The position numbers were made by a program, and so were the translations under genes. This document shows, in pieces, positions 47,153 to 56,693 of a DNA stretch of 64,000 nt. Position 1 is the stretch's first letter, and every line of letters begins with the position of its first letter. Where the stretch lies: contig CAWGAA010000001.1 in NCBI GenBank assembly GCA_963820525.1, positions 2,208,001 through 2,272,000 of the forward strand. Direction: 5' to 3'. This DNA is from an uncultured Spirochaetota bacterium. GTDB taxonomy: Bacteria > Spirochaetota > Spirochaetia > SZUA-6 > Fen-1364. The notes under the pieces are model-generated. The model was not told the DNA's origin. It made no database searches and saw only the letters and a program-made list of their open reading frames with translations.

Positions 47153-50044
47153 TTAGAACCTCCCGAGATTCCTCAAGATTTTCTCCGGGGTGAAGGGCCA
47201 GTCCCTGACCCAGATCCCCAGTGCATCGTGGATGGCCGCGGCGATGGCAGGCGCAGCGCCGTTCACGCTGATTTCCGAAACGCTCTTGCCCCCGAAGGGG
47301 CCGAAGGGGTCCTTCGTCCCGACGAACCGCACCTGAACGTCCCGCGGAAGCTCCTGGATCATCGGAGCGCCGTATCCGGCGAGGGTCGTCGTGAGACAGT
47401 GTCCCTCCTCGTCGAAGGTCATCTCCTCGTAGAGGGCATGGCCGATCGACTTGAGGATCCCGCCATAGACCTGCCCGAGGGAAAGCTCGGGGTTTATGAT
47501 GGTGCCGCTGTCGTGCACCGCATGGTAGCTTTTGATCTCCACGGCCCCGGTGCGGACGTTCACGGCCAGGCGGCAGAAGTGGGCCGCATAAGGGAAGGCG
47601 CAGTCCATTGTGGTGAAGGAGGCTGACCCAAACAGCTCGCCGGGCCCTTCACCGCCATGGCAGTGCCGGGCGATCTGAGTATACGTGAGCGAGCCCCTGG
47701 CGCCCGCCACGACGCCGGGATGCTCGAGCCTCAGGCCGGCCCGCGGCTCCTTCAGCATCTCGGAAGCCACGTCGAGGATCCTGGCCGCCAGGCTTTCCGC
47801 CGCCTTGAGCGCGGCGTTGCCCGAGAAGAAGGTGCCGCTGGAAGCGTAGGCTCCCTTGTCGAAGGGGGTCGTGTCGGTGTCTCCCGACACAACGGCCACG
47901 CGCTCCACCTCACAGCAAAGCGTCTCGGCGGCGAGCATGGCGAGCACCGTGTCCAGTCCCGTTCCCAGGTCCGCGCCGCCCGAACGTACGAGGAAGGTGC
48001 CGTCGGCGAGGAGCTTCACGTCCGCGCAGGCCTGGTCCAGGCCGGGGAGCCCGGAGCCCTGCTGAACCACGGCAACCCCGACGCCGACTTTGACATCGGG
48101 GTCGGGGCTCTTCTCGCGCTCGCCCCAATGGATCGATCCGGCGCCATCTTCCAACGCCCTGTCAAGGGCGCAATTTTCAACGCGGACCGCGGCTCCCGGC
48201 CTGCCTTCCCCGAGGCACTTGAGGATCTCCAGGGTATCTGCCGAGCGCACCATGTTCCTGCGAAGAAACTCGAGGTGGTCCATGCCGAGCTCAGCCGCCA
48301 TCTCCGCTGCCGCCATCTGCATGGCGTAGGAGCCCTGCGGGGCCCCGTATCCCTGGTAGGCCCCGGAAGGAACCAGGTTGGTATAGTAGCTTCTCACCTC
48401 GAACGCGGTATTGGGGCAGGGAAAGAGGGGCAGGGACTTGGAGCACGCGTTCATGGGGACCGTGAGGCAGTGGTTTCCGTACGCCCCCGTGTCAGCCTCG
48501 CCCAGGAGCCGGATTGCCGTAATGGTCCCGTCCCGCCTGGCCCCCATCTTTACGGTGAAGCGGAAGGGATGCCGTGTCGTTGCCGCGACGAACTCCTCTT
48601 CCCTGGTGTATTTATGGAAGACGGGTCTTCCCGTGATGAAGGTCGCGTACGCGCACACGTCTTCGAGGAGAACGTCCTGCTTGGAGCCGTACCCTCCCCC
48701 GACCCTCTCCTTGATGACCCGTACCCTGTTCTCCCCGATGCCCAGCGCCGTTGCCACGATCCGCCGAAGGTGCCAGGGCACCTGGGTGGAGGCGTGGATG
48801 ACCAGCCGGTCTCCGTCCATCTTGGTATACACGACGTGGGGCTCCAGCGGGGTGCACTGCACCCTGCTGGTCCGGTAGGTCCGCTCGATCACGACGTCGG
48901 CCTCGGAAAATCCCCTTTCCACGTCGCCCACGGCCCCGGAGGCGCTTGCCGCGAGGTTCCTGGCCGGATCCGCGCCGATGGGAAACTGGTAGACGATCCT
49001 TCCCTCGCGGGGATCCGCGCCTGGCCGAGTTGCCGCCGCCGGTTCGCCGGAAGCCAGGAGAGCCGGCCCGCCGTGGACCGCCGGCCCACGCGCCGCGATG
49101 GCGTCCTCCAGGGTGAGCACGGGCGGAAGCTGCTCGTACTCCACCCGGATCAGCTCCAGCGCCCGCGCCGCCGTCTGCTCGTCCTCGGCAACCACCGCCG
49201 CCACGCGGTCTCCAACGTGCCTCACCTTCGGGCTGAACATCCGCCGATCGTAGGGCGAGGGCTCCGGAAAGCCCTGGCCCGCCGAGGTGTAGGGCGCATC
49301 GGGGCAGTTCTTCCAGGTGATAACCGCGATGACGCCAGCAAGCGCCTCGGCCCTCGACACATCGATTTCACGGATATAAGCATGCGCATGGGGGCTTCGA
49401 AGCATCTTCAGCGCGAGGCTTCCCGCCTCCACCCGATCCTCCACGTACGCCTTCATGCCGCATACGAGCTTCACCCCATCCACGCGGCGGCGCGGCTTTC
49501 CCACCACCCTCATGCCGTTCGATTCCGGGGATGGCGCAACGACCTCTGACGATGCATCGGCCTCTTTACATCCCGCGGCTTTCCCGCGGGCTCGCCTGCC
49601 TGCCAGATCCACGGCCGTGAAGAACTGCTTATATCCCGTGGACCGGCTGTACAGGCCCGAGAGGGCGTCACGGATGTCGTCTTCAGTCGGGCTCGCCTTC
49701 CTTCGGAGCAGCTCCGCCAGGAGCAGCGCGGCTGCCGGGGAGTTGTAGGCGGACTGGACGACTCCGGCGTCGAGCATCGCAGCCTGGATGGCCGAAAGCT
49801 TTCCCTTTTCCATCAAGCCTTCCACGGTTTCGATCTCGTGCCCTTCGGCCTGGCCGGCGAGCATGAGCCCGGCCAGAGCCGGCTTTCCGTCGAAGAGAAT
49901 CGTGTCGCTTCCCGCAAAACCCTCCCCATCGTCGCTCCGGCGCACGGAGGGGACCCCCATGCGCCGGAGAAGCATCTGGAGGCTCTCGCCCGCGCAGGCG
50001 TCGACCGTGCGCGAAGTACCGTTCAAGGTGAAGGTGATGCTCAT
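47153..50044 (-). CDS. xdhD: XdhD-like molybdopterin oxidoreductase (Cys-less Fe-S-like domain plus Mo subunit)
   Basis: SDDGEGFAGSD and GVVQSAYN N-terminus as in E. coli XdhD; STQVP, GGGYGSKQ, AYQGYG.P, GAYASSGT. Confidence 0.88.
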   Translation of the reverse strand: MSITFTLNGTSRTVDACAGESLQMLLRRMGVPSVRRSDDGEGFAGSDTILFDGKPALAGLMLAGQAEGHEIETVEGLMEKGKLSAIQAAMLDAGVVQSAYNSPAAALLLAELLRRKASPTEDDIRDALSGLYSRSTGYKQFFTAVDLAGRRARGKAAGCKEADASSEVVAPSPESNGMRVVGKPRRRVDGVKLVCGMKAYVEDRVEAGSLALKMLRSPHAHAYIREIDVSRAEALAGVIAVITWKNCPDAPYTSAGQGFPEPSPYDRRMFSPKVRHVGDRVAAVVAEDEQTAARALELIRVEYEQLPPVLTLEDAIAARGPAVHGGPALLASGEPAAATRPGADPREGRIVYQFPIGADPARNLAASASGAVGDVERGFSEADVVIERTYRTSRVQCTPLEPHVVYTKMDGDRLVIHASTQVPWHLRRIVATALGIGENRVRVIKERVGGGYGSKQDVLLEDVCAYATFITGRPVFHKYTREEEFVAATTRHPFRFTVKMGARRDGTITAIRLLGEADTGAYGNHCLTVPMNACSKSLPLFPCPNTAFEVRSYYTNLVPSGAYQGYGAPQGSYAMQMAAAEMAAELGMDHLEFLRRNMVRSADTLEILKCLGEGRPGAAVRVENCALDRALEDGAGSIHWGEREKSPDPDVKVGVGVAVVQQGSGLPGLDQACADVKLLADGTFLVRSGGADLGTGLDTVLAMLAAETLCCEVERVAVVSGDTDTTPFDKGAYASSGTFFSGNAALKAAESLAARILDVASEMLKEPRAGLRLEHPGVVAGARGSLTYTQIARHCHGGEGPGELFGSASFTTMDCAFPYAAHFCRLAVNVRTGAVEIKSYHAVHDSGTIINPELSLGQVYGGILKSIGHALYEEMTFDEEGHCLTTTLAGYGAPMIQELPRDVQVRFVGTKDPFGPFGGKSVSEISVNGAAPAIAAAIHDALGIWVRDWPFTPEKILRNLGRF

Positions 50045-50838
50045 CGGAGCGCCTCCCCCGCGGAAAGGCGGCACAGAATATCCGCCGCAAGCACGCCCGC
50101 CATATACCGCTTGTAATCGACGGAGGCATGGGCATCCCCCGCCGGGGTGAACTCGCCGCGCACCATCTCCTCGATGTCTTTCTTGAGCGGGAGGGGACCA
50201 TTCTCCAGATGCTTTTCGGTTTCCTTCAATCGAACCAGGCGGCCGCGGCAGTCGCTCACCACGAGCCTGACACCCATAACCACCGGCTTCAATGCCTGGG
50301 CGCTCGCCGCAACCACCAGGCTTCGCGGGCTGTGAGAGGTGCGCGAGACCACGTCGATGTCGGAAAGCCGGGCGGGGGCAGCGTGCAGGCGGACCTCTGT
50401 TACGAGCTCCTGGCGCCGCTCGCGGCGCCAGCTTTCCATCGGCTGAGGCTTTTTCCCCCCTGCTACAACCAGCGCATCGAGTGCAAAGAGAAGCGGGAGG
50501 AGCGCCGAGTTCTCGGGCATGAGGGCAAGCTCGCCCCCGATGCTGGCCATATTTCGAAGCGTCCGCGAGGCGGTGAGTCGAACGGCCTTTCGAAGCGCAT
50601 CGGGAGCCGACGGGTTATCCGCCAGCTGCTGGAAACGAACCATGGCGCCGATCCTGAGCAGGCCACCCTCTTCTCTTAGATAATCCAGCCCGAGGGATTC
50701 CAGGGATATGAGGAGCTGGGGAGAGCCGCCAAACGGCGAGTTCAGCCATGTCCCACCCCCCAGGTACGCTGAGCCGGGCCTCGATCTCATCCGCATCGCA
50801 TCCCGCTGCGTCCGCGGCCGAAGGATCTCCCGAACCAT
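50041..50838 (-). CDS. FAD-binding subunit of Mo-hydroxylase (YgfM-like)
   Basis: YLGGGTWLN, LRNMASIGG, ASVDYKRY; coupled to xdhD. Confidence 0.8.
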   Translation of the reverse strand: MVREILRPRTQRDAMRMRSRPGSAYLGGGTWLNSPFGGSPQLLISLESLGLDYLREEGGLLRIGAMVRFQQLADNPSAPDALRKAVRLTASRTLRNMASIGGELALMPENSALLPLLFALDALVVAGGKKPQPMESWRRERRQELVTEVRLHAAPARLSDIDVVSRTSHSPRSLVVAASAQALKPVVMGVRLVVSDCRGRLVRLKETEKHLENGPLPLKKDIEEMVRGEFTPAGDAHASVDYKRYMAGVLAADILCRLSAGEALR

Positions 50839-50862
50839 GCCTCTTACCCCCTCGAGAGCTGA

Positions 50863-50946
50863 ATTGTAGGGCCTCGGAAGCCCCCGTACAAGTCCCGCCG
50901 ATAACGGCGAAAAAGTATTGAATTCATCGGCGGCCGCCGGTATCAT
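50863..50946. promoter_or_regulatory. Back-to-back divergent sigma70-like promoters
   Basis: Minus strand TTGTAC-N17-TACAAT (50891-50863); plus strand TTGAAT-N17-TATCAT (50918-50946). Confidence 0.6.
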
Positions 50947-50963
50947 GGGCGGAAGAGCTTCGG

Positions 50964-52457
50964 ATGCGGAAGGCAAGAGCGCAAGCACTCACCGGCTACA
51001 CCATCCTCCTGGTGGACGACAATCCCGAATACCTGGAGGCTACCCGGCTTCTCCTCGAACACGAGGGACACACCATCCTCTGCGCCTCCAATGGAAGCGA
51101 GGCGCTCGCCATCCTGCACCAAAAGCCCATCGACCTGCTCCTCCTCGACTACTACATGCCGGGCATGACGGGCGAAGAGGTCGTAACGCACCTGCGGCAG
51201 TTCAATCCCTACATCCAGGTCATCCTGCAGACCGGATACGCGAGCGAGCAGCCTCCGCGCGAGCTGTTGCGCCGCCTCGACATCCAGGGCTACTACGACA
51301 AGACCGAGGGACCGGACAAGCTTCTCATGTGGACAGACGCGGGGCTGAAGGCCGCATACACGATCCAGATGCTCTACAAGAGCCGCCAGGGCCTTCGCTA
51401 CATCCTGGACACCACCCCGGACCTGCACAAGATCCAGCCCCTGGACGACCTCCTGCAGGGCATCCTCTACCAGATCGCGGGACTGATCGGCGCCGTCAAC
51501 TCCTTCCTCGCCGTTCTGCCCGAGGGCGGGGTCATCAGCCGCGGGCCGGTGGAGACGGAGAGCTTCGTGGCGACGATGGAAGACGACATGGAGCTTGCCA
51601 TCCGCGCCGGGACGGGCCGCTTCTCCGGACAGAAACAGATCAACAGCCTTCTGGAGACAGACAAGATGCACCTCATTGCGGAATCCCTCGGGCAGGTGCA
51701 GATCCGGATCATCGAGAACGTGACCATCGTCCCGCTTCGCGTCGGGGAGCTCACCATCGGCGTGATCTATCTCGATCGCCCCGCCCTCCACAAGGACGAC
51801 ATCGAGCTCCTGCAGATCTTCGCCAACCAGGCGGCCGTGGCCATCCAGAACATGCAGCTCTACGCCATGGCGACGCTGGATCCTCTCACCGGAGCGTTCG
51901 CGCGCGGCTTCTTCGACAAGTGGCTTCTGCGGGAGCTCAGGACCGCACTGCGTTCCCAGCAGCCCCTCACCCTCCTGATGGTGGACCTCGACGCGATGAA
52001 GAAGATCAACGACACGGCGGGCCACCTGGCGGGCGACAAGGCGCTGCAGGTTCTCGGCAGGGTGCTCAGGCAGGCGACCCGCACCACGGACATCGTGGGC
52101 CGATTCGGAGGGGATGAGTTCGTCGTTGTGCTCCCCCAGTCCGAAATGGAAGGCGCCGACGTCGTGGCCAAGCGCGTTCTGCACCTCCTGGAAGACAAGA
52201 CGGTGGAAGGCCCCGGCGCAAAGCTCCCCCTGCAGGTCAGCATCGGCTTGAGCGTGCTGAAGGCCCATTCCTTCTCCCTCGACCAGATTCCCCGTCCTCT
52301 CTCGCAGTCCTACTTCCAGCGGATGAGCCAGGAGCTGATCCAGCGCGCCGATGAGGCCCTCTACAGGGCCAAGCGGGACAAGGATATCCGCATGCATCAC
52401 GGCGAGCCCACCGATTGGCTGCCGGCCGCAGCCATGGAGCCGGAAGAGGACGCGTAG
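50964..52457 (+). CDS. Diguanylate cyclase response regulator (REC-GAF-like-GGDEF)
   Basis: LVDD/LLDYYMP REC; DPLTG, INDTAGH..GD, RTTD I-site, RFGGDEF. Confidence 0.93.
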   Translation: MRKARAQALTGYTILLVDDNPEYLEATRLLLEHEGHTILCASNGSEALAILHQKPIDLLLLDYYMPGMTGEEVVTHLRQFNPYIQVILQTGYASEQPPRELLRRLDIQGYYDKTEGPDKLLMWTDAGLKAAYTIQMLYKSRQGLRYILDTTPDLHKIQPLDDLLQGILYQIAGLIGAVNSFLAVLPEGGVISRGPVETESFVATMEDDMELAIRAGTGRFSGQKQINSLLETDKMHLIAESLGQVQIRIIENVTIVPLRVGELTIGVIYLDRPALHKDDIELLQIFANQAAVAIQNMQLYAMATLDPLTGAFARGFFDKWLLRELRTALRSQQPLTLLMVDLDAMKKINDTAGHLAGDKALQVLGRVLRQATRTTDIVGRFGGDEFVVVLPQSEMEGADVVAKRVLHLLEDKTVEGPGAKLPLQVSIGLSVLKAHSFSLDQIPRPLSQSYFQRMSQELIQRADEALYRAKRDKDIRMHHGEPTDWLPAAAMEPEEDA

Positions 52458-52478
52458 GAAGGCCGTGCGGATAGTGGC

Positions 52479-55400
52479 GTGAAAGGCAATCGCCGCAAGC
52501 CCGCCGAAAGCCCCATCGCGGCACGCTCGACGCGGTGGACCATCGCGCTCCTCGTCGATTCCGTCGGCGACGGTGCGACCTCCCAGCTTTGGGAGGGAGC
52601 CGCCGAAGCGGCCGCAGAGCGCGGGGCCCACCTCTATTTCTCTGCCCTTGGCACGCCCGAGCCGCGGGCGGCTCATCCGTCACCTGATGATCCTTCCATC
52701 ATGCCGCCCGCAGTCCAGAGGGCGGACGGCCTCATCGCGTGGACCCGGGCGGCCGCGGAGGCTGTCTCGTGGGCGGGCTCACGGCCGCTCGTGTTCATGC
52801 ACGCCGGTGCCCCGGGATTTCCCGTCGTGAAAGCGGATATCCAGGGGGGCATGCGGGAGATCCTCGGCCATTTCCTCGATGCCCACGGCCGCAGAAGGAT
52901 ATCGATCATGATGGGCAGGCACAGCCCTGCCGAGGAGAAAGAGATCCTCCGCTTCTTCCGGGAAACCCTGGCCGATCGGGGCGTCGCGTTCGAGCCCGGC
53001 CTTGTCTCTCCGCCTTTCGACCCGTCGGAGGCGAAATCCACCGCGTCCATGGACAAATGGCTTTCGAATCTCCGGCAGGCAGGCGCCGACGCGCTTCTGG
53101 CGTCCACGGACAAGGCCGCCCTGTGGGCGATCTCCACGGCTCAGGCCCTTGGAATGCGGGTACCCGAGGACATCGCGATCGCGGGCTTTTCCGACATCCC
53201 GGAAGACATCATTTCGGTCCCCGCCCTCACCACGTGCCGTCCCCTGCACCATCGGATGGGACGCATGGCCGTTGAGCTCTTGCTGGATTCCCTGGATGGT
53301 GAAAGCGGGGAAAAGCCCGCCGCCCTGCCGGGGCTGCTGATCAGGCGCGGCTCGTGCGGGTGCCCCCATTCCCCGGAGGGCGAGCTGCGGCGCGCGGCCG
53401 CCGACGGCCGCAATGCCGCCGGAAAGGCTGCCGCCCTGCGGGAAACCTCTTCCGCCATCGCAGCGGCTTCCACAACACAGGAGCTGGCTGAAACGCTTGC
53501 GCAAAGACTTCCGGCCATGGGAGTTCTGGCCTGCTTCGTCTCCCAGTACGAGAGCTCGCGGGAGTGGGCGCGCCTCGTGCTGGCCTTCGACCGCCGGGGG
53601 GTCATCGATCCCGGCCAGGCGCCGAGGCGATTTGCGGCGGGGCAGCTCGCCCCGGAGGGCATGCTGGATCGGGATTCCCCCGGCCGTTTCATCGTCATGC
53701 AGCTCCGCTTCAGGGGAAGCTCGCAGGGTTTCGCGGTGTTCGAGGCGGGCCCGGGGGAGGGGGACGCCTGCGAAACACTGAGCGCCCAGCTGTCCGGCGC
53801 CCTGTATGGAGCGATCCTTTCCCGCCATGAGGAAAAGCGCGCCCGCCAGCTCCAGGCCGCAGCGGTCGTCTCCCACGCGGCAAGCTCGAGCCTTGATTCT
53901 CGGGAGCTCATGCAGCGGACCGTCGACGTGATCCGCGATCGATTCGGCCTCTCCTACGCCGGGCTGTTCCTGCTGGACGACTCCGGCCGCTACGCGGTCC
54001 TGCGGGCCGGCACGGGGGAGGCCGGCGATGCGCTCGTCAAGCACGGCTACAGGATCGAGGTTGGAGGAGCTTCCCTGGTAGGCGCCTGCATCGCAACTCT
54101 CCAGGCCGCTATCGGTCCCGTCGGAGGGCGTGAGAGCGTCCCCCTCCTGCCGCAGGCAAGAACGGAGATGGCGGTGCCCCTCGCAAGCCAAGAGCGGGTC
54201 TTCGGAGCGCTCACCATGCTGAGCCCTGAGCCCGCCGCATTTGACGATGAAGACCTCAAGATGGCCCAGACCATGGCAGACCAGCTCGCCGGCGTAATCG
54301 ACAACGCGCGGCTGCTTGAGGAACGCAGGCGGGTCGAGCGGAGCCTGGAGCAGGAGCGAAACCTCCTGCGGACCCTCGTCGATCACATTCCCGACTACAT
54401 CTACGTGAAGGACCCGCAGAGCCGTTTTCTCCTGGCCAACAAGTCGGTATCCAGCCTCATGGGCGCCGCCTCGCCGGAGGAGGTCTTGGGAAAGACCGAC
54501 TTCGACTTCTATCCGCCCACCCTGGCAGAGAAATACAGCTCGGACGAGAGGCGCCTGGTGGAGTCGGGCAAGCCCATGCTCAACTACGAGGAGTACACGG
54601 TGGACACGAAGGGGGCCATCCGCTGGGCTCTGACCAGCAAGGTGCCCCTGCGTGACGACCAGGGCGGGTTGCTGGGGTTCGTCGGCATCGGCCGCGACAT
54701 CACGGAGCGCAAGAAGTCTGAGGAAACGCTTCGGGTGCAATCGGTTCGCCTCCAGATGGCCCTCGAAGTGGCCGGCGCCGTGACGTCCCTGGAAGAGATC
54801 GAGACGGTTCTCCCCCGCGTGGCGGACCTGATCCGGGAGAAGTTCGGCTTCTATGCCGTATCGGTCTTTCTCCTCGACGAGACGGGAAAGTGGGCGACTC
54901 TCCGCGCGGCGAGCGGGGCCGCCCTCTGGGGCGGCCTGGAGGACAATTTCGCCCTGGAGGTAGGCGGCCGGAGCATGGTGGGATACGTCACCAGAAGCGC
55001 AGAGCCGCGGATAGCCCAGGACGTGGCCGAGGACCCGTTCTACCTCGCCCTCCCCCAGCTGCCCAACACCCGCTCCAAGGCCGTCATACCCCTCATCGTG
55101 GGCGACACCGTCATCGGAGCCCTCGACGTTCAGAGCGCGCAGACCGGCGTCTTCACGCCGGACTCCGTCACGATCTTGAAGACCCTCGCCTACCAGCTGG
55201 CCACAGCCGTGCAGAAAGCGCGCCTTCAAACCGTGGAGAGGGAGCATGCCCGCGCCCTGGAGCAGGCATACAGGGCCCTCCAGGAGAACCAGGAAAGGGC
55301 CCTGATCTCGGAAAAGATGGCATCCCTGGGACGGCTCACCGCCGGAATCGCCCATGAGATGAACACCCTGCTGGCCGCCCTGCGTGCGGCCCTCGTGGAG

Positions 55401-56051
55401 CTGGGAAGGCTGGTGGAGGAATACGGGAGCGCCATCGGAGACGGGGATGTCACAGAGGAAGACCACAGGCAGATTGCCCAGGAGATGAAGGAGTCCATCG
55501 GCCTGGCCAACGTGTCGGCCGAAAAGGCGGCCGGGTTCCTGAGGGGCATCAAGACCCAGACCCGTGACATCGGCCGGGTCGACAGGCAGCTGTTCAACGC
55601 CGTGCCGGTGATCCGGGAGGCACTCCTCCTGCTGGGCCACGCGCTTCGAAAAGGCAACTGCGAAGCAAGCTTCCAACCCGCCGTAGATCCGGTGGAGCTC
55701 AACGGCTCTCCCGGAAGGCTGGCGCAGGTGGTGACAAACCTCGTTGCAAACGCGATAGACGCGAGCGCCGCCAAGGGTGGCGGCGCCATCACCGTGAGCC
55801 TGACGCCCCGCGCCGCGAGCGTGGAGCTCGTCGTCGCGGACATGGGCTCGGGAATACCGCCGGAAAACCTCTCCCGCATCTTCGAGCCGCTGTTCACAAC
55901 CAAGCCCATCGGGGTCGGCACGGGCCTCGGCCTCACCATTGTCCACGATATCGTCGTTGGAGAGTTCGGCGGTGCCATCGACGTGGCAAGCGAGCCGGGG
56001 CAGGGAGCCGTATTCAGCGTGCGCTTCCCCCGCCAGGAGAAAGCACTCTAG
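52479..56051 (+). CDS. Cytoplasmic sensor histidine kinase: LacI-type PBP domain, GAF, PAS, GAF, HisKA, HATPase
   Basis: HGRRRI, RVPEDIAIAGFSD, LIRRGSCGC (PBP); PDYIYVKD..SRF (PAS); GIAHEMNT, NLVANAIDA, FTTKP.G.GTGLGL; no TM seen. Confidence 0.9.
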   Translation: MKGNRRKPAESPIAARSTRWTIALLVDSVGDGATSQLWEGAAEAAAERGAHLYFSALGTPEPRAAHPSPDDPSIMPPAVQRADGLIAWTRAAAEAVSWAGSRPLVFMHAGAPGFPVVKADIQGGMREILGHFLDAHGRRRISIMMGRHSPAEEKEILRFFRETLADRGVAFEPGLVSPPFDPSEAKSTASMDKWLSNLRQAGADALLASTDKAALWAISTAQALGMRVPEDIAIAGFSDIPEDIISVPALTTCRPLHHRMGRMAVELLLDSLDGESGEKPAALPGLLIRRGSCGCPHSPEGELRRAAADGRNAAGKAAALRETSSAIAAASTTQELAETLAQRLPAMGVLACFVSQYESSREWARLVLAFDRRGVIDPGQAPRRFAAGQLAPEGMLDRDSPGRFIVMQLRFRGSSQGFAVFEAGPGEGDACETLSAQLSGALYGAILSRHEEKRARQLQAAAVVSHAASSSLDSRELMQRTVDVIRDRFGLSYAGLFLLDDSGRYAVLRAGTGEAGDALVKHGYRIEVGGASLVGACIATLQAAIGPVGGRESVPLLPQARTEMAVPLASQERVFGALTMLSPEPAAFDDEDLKMAQTMADQLAGVIDNARLLEERRRVERSLEQERNLLRTLVDHIPDYIYVKDPQSRFLLANKSVSSLMGAASPEEVLGKTDFDFYPPTLAEKYSSDERRLVESGKPMLNYEEYTVDTKGAIRWALTSKVPLRDDQGGLLGFVGIGRDITERKKSEETLRVQSVRLQMALEVAGAVTSLEEIETVLPRVADLIREKFGFYAVSVFLLDETGKWATLRAASGAALWGGLEDNFALEVGGRSMVGYVTRSAEPRIAQDVAEDPFYLALPQLPNTRSKAVIPLIVGDTVIGALDVQSAQTGVFTPDSVTILKTLAYQLATAVQKARLQTVEREHARALEQAYRALQENQERALISEKMASLGRLTAGIAHEMNTLLAALRAALVELGRLVEEYGSAIGDGDVTEEDHRQIAQEMKESIGLANVSAEKAAGFLRGIKTQTRDIGRVDRQLFNAVPVIREALLLLGHALRKGNCEASFQPAVDPVELNGSPGRLAQVVTNLVANAIDASAAKGGGAITVSLTPRAASVELVVADMGSGIPPENLSRIFEPLFTTKPIGVGTGLGLTIVHDIVVGEFGGAIDVASEPGQGAVFSVRFPRQEKAL

Positions 56052-56692
56052 CTCGAACGCTTCAAGACCATTGCGGCGACGCCGAGCAGGCGCGCGAACC
56101 GTTCCCCCGCGTCCCGGCCGCCAATGAGGCCATTGAAATGCATGGGAATGGCGAGGACGGCCCCGAGGGCGCCGGCCGCCTCCGCTGCGCCGGCCGCGTT
56201 CATCGTGAAAAGCCCGCCGACGGGCAGGAGGGCGATGTCGGGCTTCAACCCCTTCATCTCGGGGATGAGATCCGTGTCTCCCGCGTGGTAAACTCTCAAG
56301 CCATCCACCTCCACGACATAGCCGACCCAGCCCTTCTGTCGAGCGTGGAAAGGTTTCGAGAGGTTGTACGCCGGCAGCGCCGTGATGCCGATATTGCCGA
56401 TCCGCAGGCTCTGGCCGGCGGATATCCCCTCCAGCCCTGCGCGGGCCGATGATTGGGGCACCACGACCTCGGTGCGGGAGCCGCGAAGCGAAGAAACGGC
56501 CCGCCGGTCGAAGTGGTCGGAGTGCGGATGCGAGATCAGAATGATGTCGGCCGGACCGGCGGAGGCGGGCACGCGAAAGGGATCCATGAAGAGGACCTAT
56601 CCCGACGCCGCGGAAAGCCGGAAGGCTGACTGGCCGTACCAGCGCAGATGCTCTTCGGCGTAGCCCTTCAGATCCTCGATCGACGCGCTCAC
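56048..56692 (-). pseudogene. MBL-fold metallo-hydrolase interrupted by an in-frame TAG at 56597-56599
   Basis: GTG at 56692 after GAGGAGG reads ...LRWYGQSAFRLSAASG*VLFMDPF...SHPHSDH...YHAGDT...IPMH, all in one frame. Confidence 0.75.
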
Positions 56693-56693
56693 C

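Noticed and set aside
52779..55946. 1055-aa antisense ORF, plus many similar long shadow ORFs (e.g. 5726-7306, 47657-49549, 50943-52676)
   Set aside because: They lie opposite well-supported genes, have no motifs, and are expected in high-GC DNA with strong codon bias
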